From Eledone cirrhosa (taxonomy: Eukaryota), in assembly GCA_964016885.1 (NCBI GenBank), contig OZ024742.1:111228001-111292000 (forward strand): DNA of 64,000 nt, read 5' to 3'. Shown one piece after another: positions 40,194-54,217 of the stretch. The position numbers and the translations under genes are program-made. Numbering within the stretch: position 1 is the first letter of the stretch; each line of letters opens with the position of its first letter. Under the pieces are notes generated by a model. It was not told where the DNA came from. It saw only the letters and a program-made list of their open reading frames with translations, and did no database searches.

Positions 40194-40252
40194 AACACTA
40201 CGCACATTTCAGTGACCAGGTTGCGTAAGTACCCGGTGACCTCATCAGGTCT
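40194..40252 (-). ncRNA. Type I hammerhead motif in a PLE-type insertion (~40132-40890)
   Basis: agac-CTGATGA-ggtcaccgggt...acctggtcact-GAAA-tgtgcg-TA-gtgt: long stem II, one stem I mismatch. Confidence 0.65.
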
Positions 40253-40906
40253 AAATTGTGTAATAGATGTATACCAGCGGCATGAGGGTAAGGTTTAAGG
40301 AAATAAGCAAAGAAAAGGTATGTGCGATGGTTTTGACCCAGAGGAGGACGTAGTAGCATGCTGCCACATATAGAGGTGTGTCAGAAAAGTAACAGGACAT
40401 AGTACGCTGGGTGAGCTATGAGTGGGATAGGGATAAGTGGGTTGCATATCCGTGAGGGGAAATACCCGGGGAATATATAACAGCTCTCTGCAGCCATTGT
40501 TTATTTTTTCACGTTTATTTATTCACGTTTGTTAACAGCTCCTCAATTTTAGCCCGTCAAGCGATGGACACAGAAGTACAAACCAACAAACCAGTCTTAA
40601 GTAGCTGGTCAGGCTACGCGAAACCCTTTCAGAAGCCCTCGGAATGCTGCAGCAAGTGTACGGAGATAACACTATGTCGTGCTCGCGGGATTTCTCTTGG
40701 CACAATAGGTTCTAAGAGGCACTCGAGGACGTAGAAGATGACCCCAAGAGCAAAAGCTTTTCAACAAGCGAAACTTAGGCCAACATTGAGCACCAGTGAC
40801 CGGTTGTGCGTGGCTATCTTCGCCGAGGCTGCTGAACGATGACAGAAGTAGTGGTACATGCAGGTCTAAACTGAATCAGACTTGCTGGTATATATATATA
40901 TATATA

Positions 40907-43900
40907 CTAGCTGACGTACCCAGCTTCGCCCGGGTAGACAAATGATAAGAGAAGACAGGTAAAAGAGAAAATGACTGTATTGGATGTTTGTCTGGTTACA
41001 GTATGAGGCGGCGTGTCCGTGGTGTCTGTGTGATACAAAAACAGTAAAAAAAAATCTTCCAGATATACCAGATTCTTCGTTGTACTGTTTGTGCATAGTA
41101 TATGAACAATTCTAGATGCTCCCACTTAGAATAGTAACCTCTAGGAGATGGTTCATCTTCTACCTGACTGTAAAACGTGTATCATTGCATAGATGTGGTT
41201 GTTCCACGTTTCTCAAAAGGGTGATGGAAATTCCAATCTTTTATATTATATAAATATAGATAATTAATATAAAAGATCTCCGTCAATGTAAAAAATGTCC
41301 CTATTTACTTGAAATGGTTTATATAAATGCCAAATTAATATGGATATGGATAACGCTTATCTATAAGTGGTCAGCTATAATAATAAAACAACAAATTATA
41401 TGACACAAAAATGTATTCAGTAATTTCCAGGCTCTTAGCCACTGAGTAATAGACAGACAATGTTGCCCAGAGTTCAACTCGGGGAGGTGGCCTGGTTTGA
41501 ACTCCAAATGGCGGATCCTTCTACTTCGAAAATAGAATCGTTTTTCAATATTACTCTAGCACTGGCCGGCCATAGGATCCAACCTTTTTGCCAGACTCAG
41601 CATATGATGAGGTTTTATTACCACCACAATCAGAAGCGATAAATTTGAAGGCAATTTCTACCAATACTTGTTGGTTTTTATTGTTCATTATTGACAATAA
41701 ATGACATTGAACAGAAATGATAATTCTGTCAAAGCTCATAATATTGATCAAAGGACACCAATGTCTGAATCATTTACGTCGCTTATTGATAGCATTAAAT
41801 ATATGTATACATCAGCTCAAATCTTCATTATAGACAATATTCAGGGTTGTTCCTCTATTAGTGGTATCAATCACACATTTTATATCATCAGGATCGCACA
41901 CTCGAGATGCAGCAACATACAGTTGCCCATGGCTGAATGCTGGATCATTCAAGTAAACACCGACTCGCTTGAAAGTCTGTCCCTGTGCCTTGTTGACAGT
42001 CATGGAGAAGACCAAATTGACGGAAAACTGTCTCGTTTGCCAAATGAATGGCAGCAGATCTTCACTTGGACTCGGCATGATCCTCAGAATGAGAACCGAT
42101 TCCTCTCTGCCTGGGAGTTTAGCTTCTAAAACTCTTCCGTTAATCAATCTCTCAACAATCAATCTGGTACTATTGCAAAGACTCATTTTATGATTGATAT
42201 TTCTAAGCAATATAATCTGCATACCCTTTTTCAACCTCAAAATATGTGGGGAAAATCCGGGTATTTGAAGTGAATTCAGATACTCAGTCGGAACATCCAT
42301 GTTGTTCTGCTGATTAGGTTCTATTGCACCCGCACTGACGGTAAAACATTCCTCTCCAGGAAACATTCCGGCTACTTGTGAATTTATTTCATCGACCGTT
42401 GCATTCGTATGAGTTAGAATAACGCGTTCCGATATCCAGGAGATATTCTGCCAAAAGGCATTCAAATTAGGGAACACCCAGTCAGTCAATGCTTGGCGAT
42501 CCAGTGGCATGACCAAATGCTTTGGGAGTCTTACAGTCTGATTATCACCAACGTGTGGCAATTCATCGTTTCCCAACTGAATCAACGATCGGCCGTATGT
42601 CTCAGCCTCTTCGTTTTTACAGAACATACGAAGTTGCATATTATCATGTAATCGCAAAACTCTGAAATTGCGCCACAGCGGGGACGTTTTCAGACATGCA
42701 ACGACAATTGGTAGCACCTGTCTGAAATCGCCACCAAGAAAGATAGTCTTACCACCGAGTGGCAGGTCACTACCGCAGATATCTCTCAAAGTTCTGTCCA
42801 ATGCCCCCAGAAAATATCTGTGTGCCATTGGAGCCTCGTCCCAAATAATCAGAGACGTATTGCGTATAAGGCCCGCGAGTTCACTTTCCCTGTAATATTA
42901 CAGACACTCAACTCATCCGGAGCCAATCGAGCCTTGAAGCATGAGTGGAAGTTCCTTCCACTGCTCAGCAAAGTGGCAGCGATCCCACTGGTGGCCACAG
43001 GGAGTGCAATCTTCATCTGAGCTCTGACTGCCGATAACATAGTGTTGAAATAGAATGTCTTTCCAGTGCCTCCTGGAGCATCTATGAAAGCACAAAGTTG
43101 CTCATTAGTGGAAATCGAGTGGAGAACGCTATCGACCAATTCTCTCTTAGATTGGATCAACATTGGCATATGTTCATCCACAATACGTTGCTGTTCCATT
43201 GGATCAAACTGGAATAGTTCCCTCCGATCGAGTAGCAACCGTGTAGGCTGCAATCTCATGTTAAATGCCGTATATCTTCATCAGGAATTGGCAAATTGAA
43301 ATCTCTTAAACATTTGAAATGAACTTCAAGCAGTTGCTCAATATTGAGCAAAACAATAGCTTTCATCAAATTTTCATCATCGACCTGAAGATGATGTCTA
43401 AAATCATCAGTCATAATTCCCCAATGGTGTTCAAATAACTCTCTTGGATAGGCAGAATTGCAGAATCCTAGAATCGTGACAAACAACTGCCTTATTTGAG
43501 CTGGCATCTGTGTTGTTCCTGCAGCTTCCATGGCGTTATTCCATTCAGCGTCATCCTGAAGGAGTCCCATATGCTGACACAGCCTGGTATGTTTCATATT
43601 CCACGTCATTGATTGTTTTCAAATCAGCAAAGCTCTGTTTACCTCTCGAAAAATCATTATGCAACATAATTCGAAGATAAAACACATCACCAGATGCGGG
43701 ATGGACATTACAAACCCGTCCAATAATCATGAACCTCAACTTTTGTTTTTTATCATTCCATTTCTTTCCCTTCTTATCCCACGTATAGTGCGATGGGAAA
43801 TCGCAGAAGAATTGCCTTTGATCCGGGTTCAAAGCATGTTCCCTATTATGTTTGAACCACACAGTCAATTCCGTCTTAGGAGGTGGTGCGTTAGCAATTC

Positions 43901-46460
43901 TTTCGCCAGCTCTTCTAGTGTCCTGAAAACAGACCATTTGCCTATTCTCTAAGTGAACCGTCAGTTACTGAACGCTGGGTTTGCGTTCATTGAGATCAAA
44001 ATCGAACAATCTCCAACAAGCTTCGCTAGATCCAATCGAGTAAACATCCTGGAACCTGCCAACTTCATCTCCTTGGTTCGCCTCCTCATTCCTGACATTG
44101 ACCATTGCCCGATCATGACCTTTGTAAACATATTTGAATAGATATTTGCAATCTTTCTCTGAGCTACAAATGTCCAGATTAATATGACAACGATATTTCA
44201 TAATCAAATATCGATTGTATGGCACAACCCATTGATTTGTAACCCGTCGACCGTTTACATTTTCGACCAAACCGCCATCTGCAGGCGACCGTCTTCTGTA
44301 TGAATGATGATCATCCCCATCGTTCAAGGAAGTGTTCGTGACAAAAGATTTGGGAAAGTGCTTACTGCATTGGCCATTTTTCATGCAAGGCGCTTTCCGA
44401 TTTGCCACTCCGCATTGGTTGTGCACCATTGACTTTGCCACGAAGTTGCGTAGTGCCTCATTCCCCGGCAGTTCAGCACACACAACACTGTCGACATCGT
44501 CAGCACATCTCAATTTGCAATCTCTATGTAAAATGATCAGCAAATATGCATGTGGCAATCCTCTTTTTTGGAATTCAATTAAGTACATAAAAGCAACTAT
44601 AGCTCCAAAGATTCCATCTTTTTCCACATCATCCATTATCTTTTTCAGATATCCTTTGAATAGTCTTGCCACAATATCAGGAGGATCCTTTCGCTGTTGT
44701 CCTGGCAAAAGTGCATCCTTAATATCAGGATTGTATGTAACCGTTATAAACAAATCTGGCTTTCCAAACTTTCTGACAGTAGCCATTGCATCTTGACAGC
44801 GAATGTTCATATATCTCGGGCCGCCGATGAAAGACGATGGCAAAATGATGCGTTGACCAATTTGCTTGTAATTGGCATCATCGGCTGTTATCACATCCTG
44901 TATATCATTATACAATTCAGCTCTGATATGTTGCTGATGTGTAGCTATATAATTTAGCCTTTGATTTTCGATCTTTGCGAAAGCCATACAACAGTATTCC
45001 TGGAACAATCTGCTGGCTTGAAATAGCGCATTTCTCTGTTGATTACTCACATTCAAATGGAACGCGTAAAATCCGCGAATCGAATTATTGTGACTATTGC
45101 CGCCTCCCTGTTGATGCTGATTCTCATGATCATCTAAATGAACAGACATGTTCCATTCATTTTCACCTTTTGGGAATAAATGAACATAATGCAATGGATC
45201 GTATGCGCTATTTGACTCATTGATAGTCTTGAGACCACCATCTCTGCGATTGAGGACGATATCTCTCGATCCAGGCTTATCGTCCATCAACACAGCAACT
45301 TTATGAAATCCTTCAGGGGTGTTATATCGCCGTTTGTGTTGATTCCTTGGCACTGCGTCAGCATTAATCACCAATGTTTGCTGCTGAACATTTTGCAGTT
45401 CAGACATCAACATGAAATCCATAACATAAGGATTACACTGTCTAAGCCATGATTGCAAATCACGGATCAAATCACTTAACCTTTGCCGTTCAAGTTCAGT
45501 TATATTTCACGGCAACTTCATCCAACCGATCCTGATATCCTCCTCCGATTCACTGTAATCTGGATCTTTAGCGTAAATTTGAGCGAATTGAGGCCTCTCT
45601 CCTGAGGTGAACTTCTAAATTACCGATACTATGATACAGACGGCCTTGAATGACTACATTCGGTTGCCATTCTCTTCTCTCAAATATCTCAGTAACTCTC
45701 TGGGATGCTAAAGCTAATGAATTGTTAATTTGCCGCAAATATTTGCGCAGTAATCTACCTCGGTCTCCTTGATCACCCCACATACTTAGTATTTGAAACT
45801 CTGGTGACTCCTCATCATCCGGCATTCGCAAGGGTTCTAGTTGAACTGCTCCTTTATGACAGCACATTGTGGCCCACGTCTTTTCGTGCCTCCAAAGCAA
45901 TGCTCCACAATGTGGACACTCTGCTCGTCCACCAATTGGAAAATGACACGGTTGCCATGATCCATTTTTAATATCATCCGTTCGCCTTCTAGTCTCTTTA
46001 TTGGAATGAGGAGAACTTTGGTGACACATTCTCTGGACTTCTGTATTGCGATGGCGCTGTTCAGCCAGCTCCTCTTCATCCATCGCAGCACGCCGTTGCT
46101 GCTGAATTCCGGCCATCTGCTGATGATGCTCAGCTAGTTCGTCTTCAACCATCGCAGCACGCCGTCGCTGCTTGGCTCCAGTGTTTCGTTGGCGTTGTTC
46201 AGCCAGCTCCTCTTCATTCATGGCGCTGAAGTTCGGCGTTCCGATGGCGCTGTTCGGCCCGTTTTTCTTCTTTCCTGGCTGCACGCGGTCGCCGCTGTAG
46301 TTCCCTGTTTGATAAAGTCGAATTGTTTTTATTATCAGTATTTATTTCGAGCAATTGTCAAAAAATGACACAATGATACATATAAAAGATGTCCGTCAAT
46401 GTAAAAAAAGGTCCCTATTTACTCCCTTCACAACTTTGTGTATGACAGACAGATAAACTG
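40907..46460 (-). mobile_element. Helitron, autonomous type, decayed
   Basis: 3' end: GC hairpin CCCGGGCGAAGCTGGG then CTAG|T at 40907-40910. RepHel coding region 41812-46284. The 5' end is not clearly defined. Confidence 0.9.
41812..46284 (-). pseudogene. Helitron RepHel: zinc finger, HUH Rep, PIF1-family helicase; split over six ORFs
   Basis: CPHCGALLW..CCHKG; Rep motifs KPDLFITVT, EFQKRGLPHAY and KYLFKYVYKG; helicase motifs APGGTGKT, GDFRQVLP, NKAQGQT and HGQLYVAASRV. Confidence 0.96.
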
Positions 46461-46960
46461 CGTGGCGATTGTGGAACGCCATGCATACACACACATACAC
46501 GCATGGAAACGCACACACGCACGCAAACTGATACACGCACCCGTGCACTTACACACACGCACACACTAACACATGTTGATAGTTTTTACTTTCTGTGGAA
46601 CGCTGCACACACGTCGAAACAGCTTGAGCTCTGCCGTCGGGTCATACTTTCTCCTATATATATATATATACACCACACACACCACTCACAAACAAACACG
46701 CACGCACATATACACCCACACACATACACACATAAACACACATACACACACAGATGTATTTGGAGCAAACAAAAGTAGCAAACGAAATAGAAAAAAATGA
46801 TGAAATATATTAGTTTAACGCTTGAAATAATAAGAAAATCTTCCTTACGTTTCTGACACTAAACCTCACTAGAAGATTGAATGAGAAATCAAACAGGAAA
46901 TGAAAAGATAAAGAGTGGGGAGACGACAAAACTGAATGAAAAAGACAAACGAGCGTATTA

Positions 46961-47023
<63 letters not shown>

Positions 47024-47027
<4 letters not shown>

Positions 47028-47322
47028 TAAGGTGTGGTAAAGAGCCGCTAGACCATTCCTCACCGGAGTAGTCGATACTTGAGGTAGTAGAATGGGTAAT
47101 ATGAAACGATTCAGGATTCCGACGAAGAACATCCCAGTTCCACCAAGAGAACTCTACCTAAGGACTCTCACTCTGAAATCGACATTTTCGTGAAGCGATT
47201 GAGAGAGAGAGCCTTATTCTATGATAGACGCCATGGTACACAGGAGATCGATTTCAAGGACACGTGTGGATTTAACACCTACACATCTCCTCAACTAACT
47301 CAGCCGTCGGAGTCTTGAATCT

Positions 47323-47328
<6 letters not shown>
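47024..47328 (-). mobile_element. PLE terminal fragment related to the 54560 pLTR, with inverted segment
   Basis: TGTGGTAA...GATACTTGAGGTAGTAGA.TGGGTAATA is shared with 54570-54638; 47099-47124 is roughly inverted at 47305-47330. Confidence 0.6.
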
Positions 47329-47415
<87 letters not shown>

Positions 47416-47416
<1 letters not shown>

Positions 47417-47816
47417 TAGCAGATTTACCCGGCATTGCTCGGGGTTTGAAATTATGCTAAGAATATACAGCTAGGAAGTAAAAGAACATTATTTGTCCCA
47501 ACTTGTCAAAATAATCAGAAGTCTTCAATAATTAATGCAAACGTATATATTTGGTGAAAAGTTTATCTCCCTTTTTTATAAGGATTGTCAATAAAATTTG
47601 TTATCTCCTTTACATCAATTTTTCTACCGATAATTTTGATATCGATTTTCTATTGCTCAACGTGGGTTGATTTGAAAAATGTTTGTGATGTAACAATCTT
47701 ATCGACCTGTACAACGTGCACAGAAAATTTGGTGAAATTCAGTTTGTAATTGTGAAAGCCTTATGCATGCCAAGTTGTACACAGACACACACACATCCTT
47801 GCTTTTATATATATAA

Positions 47817-47819
<3 letters not shown>
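47416..47819 (-). mobile_element. Non-autonomous Helitron
   Basis: A|TCTTTATATATATAAAAGC 5' end, subterminal hairpin CCGAGCAATGCCGGG and CTAG|T 3' end, inserted at AT in (TA)n. Confidence 0.85.
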
Positions 47820-47883
<64 letters not shown>

Positions 47884-48135
47884 TATATATATACATACAT
47901 GCGTACACACTCGCACGCACGCACACACACACACACACATATATATCCCGGGTTCAATTAGGGTGGGGGCGGACCCACAGTCATTTCTAAACATTTTGAA
48001 AGCCTTCCGTTATGAATTGGAAAATTAACAGCATACCGCCATCTAGTGTGTTCCAACAGTAGCTAAGTCCGGGCAACCAGGCTTATGACGTCATTAGTTT
48101 TGACTTCAGTCGTTATCAAACTGGTACTGCCGACA

Positions 48136-48353
48136 GCTTACTGTTGGAACATAATATGTTAAAACATATAGTTTAGAAGCCTATTTGAATTGGCTGATCA
48201 GCCAAATTTGCATATGGAGTTACGGCTGGCTCAGGCCTTATTTTATATCCGGCTGAGTTAGCCGCAAATCTATATTCATATTTGGCTGATCAGCCAATGT
48301 AAATAGGCTTCTAAACTATATGTTTTGGCTTATACTATGTTTCAACAGTAAGC
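48136..48353. repeat. Imperfect foldback with ~100-bp arms, MITE-like, inside an insertion at ~47946-48450
   Basis: AAAACATATAGTTTAGAAGCCTATTT..ATTGGCTGATCAGCCAAAT is mirrored at 48270-48326. Confidence 0.7.
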
Positions 48354-49960
48354 GGTTGTTCGTACTTAGCTGGTGTTGGAACATGATATGTCGCCAGGTA
48401 AACAACTTCACGTATTTCATATTCAAAGCTATTGTAGAGTTAATGCCCTTATATATATATATATATATATATACAGTGTGAATGTATGCGTGTGTTTGTG
48501 ACTGTGTTCATGTAAGTATGTGTGTGTGTGTATATATCATACATATGCAAAAATAAATAAATTGAAAAATGTTTCTTGTTTTAACAGCATGTATTCAATC
48601 ACGTGTAAAATCCATCAGAAGATTTACAAATTGTAATATTGCATTAATGGAAGGATATGTTAAAATATAATTCCCTAAGATTTAGTGCAGCTTGAGCCTG
48701 CGTCTTCCGATTGCAAAATAGAACTTTATCGCATTTGTATATATACAAATGCGTAGATACAAACACAAATACATATACATGTATACACTGGCACACACAT
48801 TGCTATGTGCATATTTGTAATATTACATGCATACACTCATATGTGTGTGAGAGTGTGTGTAAGCTTGCTCAGGCTTAGAAAATTAGTTGGCGTAGTTTGA
48901 TATATTGTTTTATTTCTTCCATATATATTTGCTCTCTTGTGGGAATATCTCATAAAATATAAAAAATTAAAAACAAAAATACATCGATTTTATGAAAATT
49001 GAATGTAAGTGAAATATCCAGGATATTATGTATTATTTTTTGATTGATAAACTAATGAAACTTTTCCTAATCACATCAAAGTATTCATATATTCATTTGA
49101 AACATAGTAAATATATTTCGCTGTCTTTCGTTCGAGATTTGCATCTATTAGTGATTAATATCATTGTAGGAGATGAATTAATATTCCACTTTCGCATAGC
49201 AAAATTAGAGAAACTTACGGTGAAATCTGTCACTGGAACGTTCACTTCAAACAGTCTTCCGTAGCACAAACTTATATTAAGTGTGAAGATTCAATTTCCT
49301 AAAACTTAAATTATATAGAATGTATTTAAACCTAAGAAAGAGGCGCAATGGTTCAATGCTGCCATTAATAATGATAACTTGAATTAAAATATCTATTTAT
49401 AAATTTAATAAAATACTCAAACCATTTTCTGAAATGATGAGCTATTGTAATGGGCCGATGGAATATTCAGTGATGAAATATCATATAGGAACGTATAAAA
49501 GAAATACTGATGTCAAATGAATTTCCTTATACAAAATAATGAAATCTATCGCATTTAAAGTGTTAGGTTGATAATTGTGGCACATCTTTTTTGAGTTTGG
49601 AAAAAGATTTATATAATTAACAGTTTTTGAAAAATTGAGCAAAATATTGTTAATTTAGGCGTAACGTATAAAGCAGTTTCATTATTTTTACAATATAGAC
49701 TTAGCAACACTAGTTGAAGTTATATACAGCCAGTTGACAAAATATAATAGGAGTGAAATAGTTTCTGGTATAACTTTCGTTGTGAATATCACTCTAGTTA
49801 CCATATACAAATAATGGATTTATCGAGATAAAGCCATAGACTGTAGTTGCACGCACACACACACACTCTCACACACACACATACACACAAACACACAGGC
49901 ACAGGCACAGGCGCACTCACACATGCACTCTCACACACACACAAATATATATATATATAT

Positions 49961-50611
49961 ATTGTTATACTTTGGGAGGGTCATATTGCCAATAAGAAAC
50001 ACACGCACCATAAGCTCTCACTCCAATTTATTATAAATTAAATTAAAAATTAAAAAAATGTATAAATTTCCGGTCGGTTGGTTGGTTCCACCACCAGACC
50101 ATTGTTCATATATTGTCAAAGTTCTTTCGTCACACATTATGTGACCTCATCAGTGACCGGGGATTCTTTTCTTTGTTTTGTGTCTCTCCTTTGTTCTGTC
50201 CGACGCCATCTTGTTTGTGTGTGTTGTGTGCTTAGTTTGCGCATGTGTCACATCCGGGTGTCTGTGTGTGTTTTTATTTGTTTATTTTTTTGTTTATTTT
50301 CATGTTACTACTTGGTTGTTTGTTCTATGTGTGTGTGTTTTCATTTTGTCCTTAATTGTAAGTTGTGATGTTGCTATTCCATTTATGTTTTCTATTTAAT
50401 TTTGGTTGGAGTACATTTATGTTTATTGCCTCTGTGATTTGTCTAAACATTGCGTCTTTTCTGTGTGTAAATTTTATTTTTATTACTATGTTCTCTAATT
50501 TGCCCTTATTCTCTATTTTAGCAACATGACCCTCCCAAAGTATAACAATAATGGTTTCAACACACGTTTTCAGATAAAGAATCTTGCTAAACATATTCAG
50601 AAACGAAATAT
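49961..50611 (-). mobile_element. Short copy of the 19476-22242 PLE family with inverted terminal piece
   Basis: pLTR with hammerhead (50115-50157), GIY-YIG C-terminus (MFRQITEA..LQPKLNRK), then an inverted terminus at 50521-50611. Confidence 0.85.
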
Positions 50612-50694
50612 ATATATGACTTTCCAGGAATAACTTGACCCGTTAAGGTATATTATCTTTGGTCATGTCAAATATTTATAAAACATTTTGTACT

Positions 50695-50748
50695 TTGTCT
50701 GATGATGGCGTACCAACATTTTTGTTACCCTTGAAATATATATAATAG
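50695..50748 (+). ncRNA. Degenerate type I hammerhead in a ~180-bp insertion
   Basis: ttgt-CTGATGA-[imperfect stem II]-GAAA-tatata-TA-atag, followed by AATAAA. Confidence 0.55.
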
Positions 50749-51290
50749 AATAAATATGGTTATACAAATATAGTTTCTATTTATGTAATATCGTTGTATA
50801 TATATATAGATATATATATAAGTAGGCCGAATTTGCTTGCAAACTGCCAGAGATTCGATTTTACTAAATCTCTAATTATATATATATATATATTCCAGGG
50901 TCCTGTCGAGAGAAGGGGCAATCACAGGTAAAAATGTACTCAATACATTGCTAGAGTATATACATTATTCATTTCATATAGACATGATTTCTACAGGACT
51001 AGAACTGTTTCATTCGTATTATATCACACACACACACATACACACCCACAAATTATATATATATAAAATTACTTCTCTCGTAACCACACGCTATGTTGAA
51101 ATAACAGTAAACGAATACAACAGACCTAAACCAACCGTGACACACCACACCTACAACCAGCCTACAACAAAACCTATTTTCCCTATATTAAACATACTTT
51201 AAAACGAAAACCATTCAACCCCTCCCTCAGTTATCTATATAAATATACATATAAGTATATATATATATGTATGTATATATATATATATAT

Positions 51291-51508
51291 TTAAAAGAAT
51301 AGAGGTGTAACACACGAGTTATGATATATTGATAAACGGAAAAGAAAATGCTGACAAATTGTTCACAGTGAAAAATAGTTTAATTAGGAATAAGTGAAAA
51401 TTAGTAATAGTATTGGTTAGTATTCAGATTTTCTTTTAAGTTTTACCGGTTGCGCATTTCTAATGCTTTTCAAAAATAATTTTGAGATAGAGCGTCCTTG
51501 ATGTTTGC

Positions 51509-51511
<3 letters not shown>
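51291..51511 (-). mobile_element. Solo pLTR fragment of the 3497-6572 PLE family
   Basis: TTAAAAGAATAGAGGTGTAACACAC... matches 3497-3730. Confidence 0.85.
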
Positions 51512-51570
<59 letters not shown>

Positions 51571-51574
<4 letters not shown>

Positions 51575-52250
51575 AATGGCGTGCTGTGTTGTTGCATATG
51601 TAATATACAAATTAAAATGAAGAATTAGAAATAGGACTATCAATGATCTACTAGCCATCATAGGTATTTCTTCGCATTAAAGACCAGATACCTCAGGCTA
51701 GCGCGAACAATAACTAAAATAAGTTATTGGAATAAAAAGAATTGGGTGGAGAAAGAGAGACAGGTAAACAAACATGAATATTGAGGCAACGTAAAAAGAG
51801 GAAAAAACGAGAAAATCAAGTCAATGATTCATTTGAACAAAATAACTTGCGAATATTGACGAGAAGACGAGAGACACATCCCAACCATGCGAAAGTAAGC
51901 GAGGAAAGAATTAGGCACGGTGTCGGACGATGGAGGAAGTGGGAGAGAGGGTGAGTAGCAGAGAGTGACTGAGTGAAAGGGTGAGGAAGAGGCTAGCCGA
52001 GAGAGGGTAACTAGCAGAGGGGTGAATGAAAGTAGGAGGGAGAAGGAGAGAGAAGGAGAGAGAAGGGGGAGAGAGAAAGAGGATAGCAGTAAGGGAAGAG
52101 AAAAATACAGGTCACAGCGAAGGGCAAAGCATATAGGAACGAAAAATGGCGTGATGTGTTGTTGCACATGTGATATACAAATTAAAATGAAGAATTAGAA
52201 GTAGGACTATCCATCTCATCAGTGATCTACTAGCCATCATAGGTATTTGG
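51571..52250 (-). mobile_element. Probable PLE pLTR partial tandem
   Basis: ~100-bp direct repeats (51571-51670 and 52141-52248) around a purine-rich segment, bounded by (TA)n. Confidence 0.45.
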
Positions 52251-52259
52251 CAGTAATGC

Positions 52260-52376
<117 letters not shown>

Positions 52377-52457
52377 ATTAATTTATATATATTATAGATA
52401 TATATATTATAGATATTATATATATATATTATAGATTAATTTATATATATATATATA

Positions 52458-52620
52458 AGTTCATCCCGGGTTCAATCGGTGGTAACCACAGCAAGTAAGG
52501 TACTCAATACACAGCAGAGTGTAAATATTTAATATAGAAAGGGCTTCTACAGGACTAGAACTGTTTCATTTGGGAGAAATCATCAGGAGGCCAGCTTCCT
52601 GATGATTTCATGAATTTCAT
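52458..52620 (-). mobile_element. Short hammerhead-bearing element (family of 30442-30612) with 5' inversion
   Basis: Minus strand ggcctc-CTGATGA-tttctcccaaat-GAAA-cag(ttctagtc)ctg-TA-gaagcc; inverted gcttcCTGATGAtttc at 52595-52610. Confidence 0.7.
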
Positions 52621-53188
52621 ATGCGTGTGTGTGTGTGTCTGTGTGTGTGTCGGTGTGTGTGTGTCGGTGTGTGTGTGTATGTCTGTGTGTTTGTTTGAGT
52701 GTGTGTGTGTATGTGTGTGTGTGTGTGTGTGTGTGTACCTTTTTGTGGGATAATATTTTCAGTAATAATCTTATTGATTTTTACATTAGCTTACCTAAAT
52801 TACGTTCGGCTACATAATTTCGCTGGAAGTATGGCCGATTAAATTTCCCAGAATATATAACTAGTATTTGCGTCAATCGATACTGACAGGATGAAATTAA
52901 ATTAACCTAGGATAGATTTGACAGAGAATGTCAATATTCATAAATAAATATCACATTTTATCCATTTTAATAATTTGGTAAATCCAACGCTTCATTTTAT
53001 TATACATGTATAAATAGACTTTGAATGATATATTTTAAATTGTAGAATCTATTTTTATTATATATGTAAAATAATTAGTCGGCGCTACTACAATTTTATT
53101 TTTCGATGGCGGAAATGTTTATGTGAATATTATGTAGATACAGACTCTTCCTAAAAATGTGGTATGATGCATTTCGTTGATCGTCACA

Positions 53189-53239
53189 AATGTATCTGAA
53201 CGTATCTGAATGTATCTGAATGTATCTGAATGTATCTGT
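53189..53239. repeat. Tandem repeat (AATGTATCTG) x5
   Basis: Directly visible. Confidence 0.9.
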
Positions 53240-54026
53240 CCAAATAATAAAACAAGAAAAAATAAATACTTGCTACTTGAGTCGTGATGGTACTATAAGT
53301 TAGTTCTGCATTACGGTAGAAGACAGAACTGGAATGAATATGTGTTGATGTTAAACTAATTCTACCACCTCATATTATTGCTATTATCCCCGCTGTAATA
53401 TATCTACTACTGTGAACTCTTGTCTGAGTGGTTACGATTTACACCTGGCTATCATGAGATATATTGGTTAATCTCACTGTCATATCTTCGGGTTGACCTC
53501 CTAATCACTATGAGGGATATTTGTTAGCCGGAGGTATTGAATTAGTAATTGAAAGATCCATCTTACATAATTCTGTTCCATTGATCCTGGCTGATAATTA
53601 TGTTGAAGGTAGACGTCTTTATGTAATACGAAGTCATTAGCACATGAATGCACGCGTCGAACGTAAATGTTTATCGTCGAAACAGAAATTGAAAATGACA
53701 AAAGATCAGTCATATCTAATAGTGACTCGATTACAGTATTGCAAATAGTAAATGTACAATAGACGCGTTATTATGTGATTTTATTTCACTGACAACAGAT
53801 ACAGAAAAATACAGTAGTATTAAGATAAGTTATATTTTACTATTGTATGTCCAGTTCTTATACATAAGAAGCTTAAAATTCGATAGGTTTTCCTCGCTAT
53901 AAAGTAAAGACAGAGTAAATAATTCTTTACCATAGACGTCTTTAGATGTTTTCATCTAAACTAAGTCATTTACAAATTGTAAAGTTTGTTAGAGAACGCG
54001 AGACGTAAATCTAAATCTCAACATTT

Positions 54027-54104
<78 letters not shown>

Positions 54105-54111
54105 TCTTTCC

Positions 54112-54217
<106 letters not shown>

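Noticed and set aside
41701-45223. Plus-strand ORFs overlapping the Helitron
   Set aside because: Antisense shadows of the RepHel frame with no independent motifs.
46836-46880. Hammerhead-like remnant on the minus strand (similar traces at ~9338, ~22950, ~36168, ~38079, ~51690)
   Set aside because: Cores are mutated or truncated and the stems are ambiguous, so they are too weak to call.
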